Source: Felis catus (Eukaryota). Taken from it: a stretch of 64,000 bases of DNA. How positions within the stretch are numbered: the stretch's first letter is position 1; every line of letters starts with the position of its first letter. A model generated the notes under the pieces. The model did not search any database, was not told the origin of the DNA, and saw nothing but the letters and a program-made list of their open reading frames with translations. The position numbers and the translations under genes were made by a program. The stretch is taken from contig NC_058382.1 of the NCBI RefSeq assembly GCF_018350175.1, positions 53,942,001-54,006,000 on the forward strand, given 5' to 3'. Shown here piece by piece: positions 60,796 through 64,000 of this stretch.

Positions 60796-60963
60796 GGGGC
60801 ATGTGGGTGGCTCAGTCGGTTGGGCGTCCAACTTCGGCTCAGGTCATGATCTCACGGTTCGGGAGTTCGCGCCCCGCATCGGGCTCTGTGCTGACAGCTT
60901 GGAGCCTGCTTGCAGTTCTGTGTCTCTCTCTCTCCCTCTCGCTCTGACCCTCCCCTGCTCACG
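60796..60963 (+). mobile_element. CanSINE lacking its A-rich tail
   Basis: Head and body present; stops after ccctgctcacgc with no AATAAA or poly-A. Confidence 0.9.
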
Positions 60964-61417
60964 CAGGGTAGTAACTGTCACTGCCAGGTAGGATTGTTAC
61001 GAAAATCAAATAAAGTGGTATCTTTAAGTGCTTACAAGAATACCTGCCATACAGTACGTGCTACACAAATACAACACACACACTGAGGCGAGAGAGCCCC
61101 AGGGAGAACACGGGTGTCCAGGTGACTCAGCCTTTGGGTGTCAGGCTCTGTCCACACAGCACAAGGCAAAGGGCAGAGCTGGAAGACATGACTAGTAAAC
61201 TTGGTTAATGAAACCAGGCAAGGGATGCTAAGAAACAGCAAGCATACCAAGTCAGCATCTCATCTTTTTTACCTTTCCTACTTTTAACACTCAAAACAGA
61301 TCCACCTAGATTTTTTTTTTTAACATGAGCTGGATATATGAGTATTTGCTATTTGAATTTTACTTAAGGGGCAGGGTAGAGGGAATCTGAATTCTGGTGT
61401 CAAAGAGTCATAGGATC

Positions 61418-61626
61418 GGGGTGTCCGGGTGGGTCAGTTGATTAAGCATCTGACTCTTGGTTTTGGCTCAGGTCATGATCTCATGGTTTGTGAGTTGGAT
61501 GCCCACATCAGGCTCTGTGCTGGCAGTGCAGAGCCTGCTTGGGATATGCTCATTCTCGCTCTCCCTCGCTCTGCCCCTCCCACACACTCCCTCTCTCTCA
61601 AAATAAAGTAAAAACTTAAAAAAAAA
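61418..61626 (+). mobile_element. CanSINE
   Basis: TSD aaagagtcataggatc / aaagagtagtaggatc. Confidence 0.95.
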
Positions 61627-62658
61627 AAAGAGTAGTAGGATCAAGGCTATGAGCTCAACCAAACCTGAGACCCAGCAGCAGGGAGGCTCCAGGTACAGGG
61701 TCCAGAGCTCTCCTGGAAAACCTGGAAATGTTCAGAGCTGACCTCAGAAGAGAAGACCCAACTCCAAGATGAGATACACAGAAAAGAGGAAAGAACATGG
61801 TCTTCCCCTCGACATATAAAATTAAACCATTACCATTTGATCTTTTGATCAGCATCTGTTACTAATGGAGAAAACCCATTTCACCTTGGGGCTTGGGCCA
61901 GCATCCCAGGGCACACTGCACCGATATTCTCCTACCCCATGTATCCTACCAGTCCTGGAGCTAATATTGTTTCTGGGCTGCTGGTTTCCTTTGATTATTT
62001 TTATTGACATTCAGTGCCTATGAATCAGCAGGCTGAAGGCCCCTCCGGAGCCAGGAGAACTGCCAGCAGACGCTGACCTGCTCTCCCTCCTCTGCTGAGA
62101 AGACCAGATCCAGCCCAGAGCAGCGCACCGCCTGGGGCTTCCCAGCCCAGAGCAGCGGAAGCAAGCCCACAGGTGTGCTGGGGAATAGGCACAGAGGCCA
62201 GCTGTTACAGGGAAGAACCTGGGGAGCATGGGGCAGAGAGGAGAAGCACCTGTCCGGCCACATCTGTCATCACCCTCCACGCATACCGAATGCTGCTCTG
62301 GCTGCTCCCCGTGCTACCTCTGACCCGCCCCGCCCTCCTCAGCCTCCTCCCATGGCTGTGCACATGCTATTCCTGCCGCCTAGGGCAGCCGGGTCCCATC
62401 TCTCTGCTCCAGCTGCACCTTGACCTCTTCTGAACTCTCTCTACTCATGCAGGATCTAAGCTGGTCTCTTTGAACCTACGGTCAAAGCCTTCTAATGTTC
62501 CATGCTACTGCTCTCAGCTCTGAGGCGTTCGCTGGCAGGAACCTGCCTTTATCCATGCCTGCCCTTCCTACTACTGTTTCTAGCATGGAAAACGAATAAG
62601 CAATTTCTAAACACCTCAAGTGCACCTGTGGGTGTGCAAATCGCTTACCATTACAAAG

Positions 62659-63403
62659 CGTGTCGGTTTCCTATGGCTGGTGTGACAAATGACTACAAAC
62701 GTCATGACTTAAAACGGCGTAAATTTGGGGCACCTTGGTGGTTCAATTGGTCGAGCATCCGACTCCTGATTTCGGCTCAGGTCATGATCCCAGGGTGGTG
62801 GGATCGAGCCCCACGTCAGGCTCTGCCATGAACGTGGAGGCTGCTAGAGGTTCTCTCTCCCTCTAGGCCCCTCCCCCCGCACTTGCTCTCTTTCCCTAAA
62901 AATAAATCTTTTAAAACATAAATTTATTAACAGTTCAGAGGTTGGAAGTCTGAAATCACAGGGCTAAAATCAAGCTGGTGGCAGACCCACATTCCATTGG
63001 GAGGTTCCCTGGGGAGAATGGTTTTCTTCCCCTTTCTGCCTCCTGGAGGCCCCACCATTCCTCTGCTGAGGGTCCCTTCAATCTTTGCAAAGCCAGCAAC
63101 ACAGAGGCTTCCAATCTCTCTCCCACTCATTGTCTCCTCCCCTCGTATTCCCCACCTCCCTGCCCTGTCAACTCTCCAAACCTGCTTCTCCATCACATCC
63201 TCTTCTCTGACCCACACCCTCCTGCGCCCTCCCTTACAAGGACCCTTAGCATTCAATTAGGCCCGTGCGGGTAATCCAGGAAAAGCTCTCCATCTACAAC
63301 ACTTAATCACACCGCAAAGCCCCTTTTGCCATAGAAGATAACATTCACTGGTTCAGAGGATTAGGACGCAGACATCTTTGGGGGCCAGTATCTGACTACC
63401 ACA
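62659..63403 (-). mobile_element. MLT1 solo LTR interrupted by a CanSINE
   Basis: gtttcctatggctggtgtgacaaatgactacaaac...acagttcagaggttggaagtctgaaatc...ctgactaccaca. Confidence 0.88.
62727..62915 (+). mobile_element. CanSINE inserted in MLT1
   Basis: ggggcacc head; flanks cgtaaattt / cataaattt. Confidence 0.92.
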
Positions 63404-63691
63404 CAAAGGACACTGTGAAAACGCACCAGAAGGCGAGTCAGAGAGCTCTAGCTCTGACAGCGTTACTTCCTCCTCTGTGACCTCGGATACATTGCCTAAC
63501 CTCTCTGAGCATAATTCTTCATCCCTAAAACCTCACAAAGGTACTCTCAGAAAAAGATTTACATTTAAGGAGTCCTTTAAACATCAAAACACAAAACAAG
63601 TACAAAGTCTTGTTGTTTCAGTTTTTTTTTTTGTTTGCCCAGGCTTGGCAGCTGGGCGGCTTTTTAAAATGGTCTCAAGTGAGGTAAGGAG

Positions 63692-63694
<3 letters not shown>

Positions 63695-63748
<54 letters not shown>
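63695..63748. repeat. (CA)n microsatellite
   Basis: ~27 CA units seen directly. Confidence 0.97.
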
Positions 63749-63752
<4 letters not shown>

Positions 63753-64000
63753 CACATTTAAAACACCACAAAAAATACTACATCACAAAATTAAAGGATA
63801 TGGCCAAAGCTGCATTTGAAGGCAAAATCACAACTGAATTTTTTTAAATAGATACCTGTCTATTTGAGCACCTGTTAGATACCAGGCACTATCATATTTG
63901 ACTCTGGAAGCTACCCTATAAGGATACCTAAATTACACGAGGCAATGCAGTCTTAGCGATATGAGACACAGCCAAGAAGTGGCAGAAGTGAATTGAATTT

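Noticed and set aside
6212..62915. tRNA-like A/B boxes and recurring short ORFs such as AQVMIS...GSVLTAQSLEPASDSVSPSLS
   Set aside because: These are CanSINE heads and bodies, not tRNA genes or a protein family

Overview
Mammalian, non-coding-dominated genomic DNA from a carnivore, most likely a felid: about 19 tRNA-derived CanSINEs are present, and four match the cat-type SINEC_Fc pattern as I recall it. I recognise no known protein-coding gene, rRNA, tRNA or CRISPR array. The window reads as intergenic or deep-intronic. It is a mosaic of old repeats (MIR, L2, L1M, MLT1/ERVL LTRs, hAT Charlie1/MER5/MER20/MER58, Tigger-type MER82), carnivore-era insertions (CanSINEs, L1 3' ends, one ERV1-like solo LTR) and several repeat-free, motif-dense blocks that look like conserved enhancers. 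Most notable: (1) a GATA + TALE (MEIS/PBX) motif cluster at 27.74-28.05 kb next to an orphan CpG-island-like segment; (2) a ~1.47 kb pyrimidine-free polypurine tract fused to (TG)n inside an L2 remnant; (3) a candidate two-exon 117-codon ORF at 19521-19974 with an in-phase canonical 100-nt intron; (4) a well-bounded CpG-rich minus-strand exon candidate at 9360-9483; (5) several nested or inverted retroposon structures with readable target-site duplications. Repeat family names come from remembered consensus sequences, not a database search. Boundaries without a TSD are approximate. I see no firm evidence of a new biological system; the findings are testable hypotheses.
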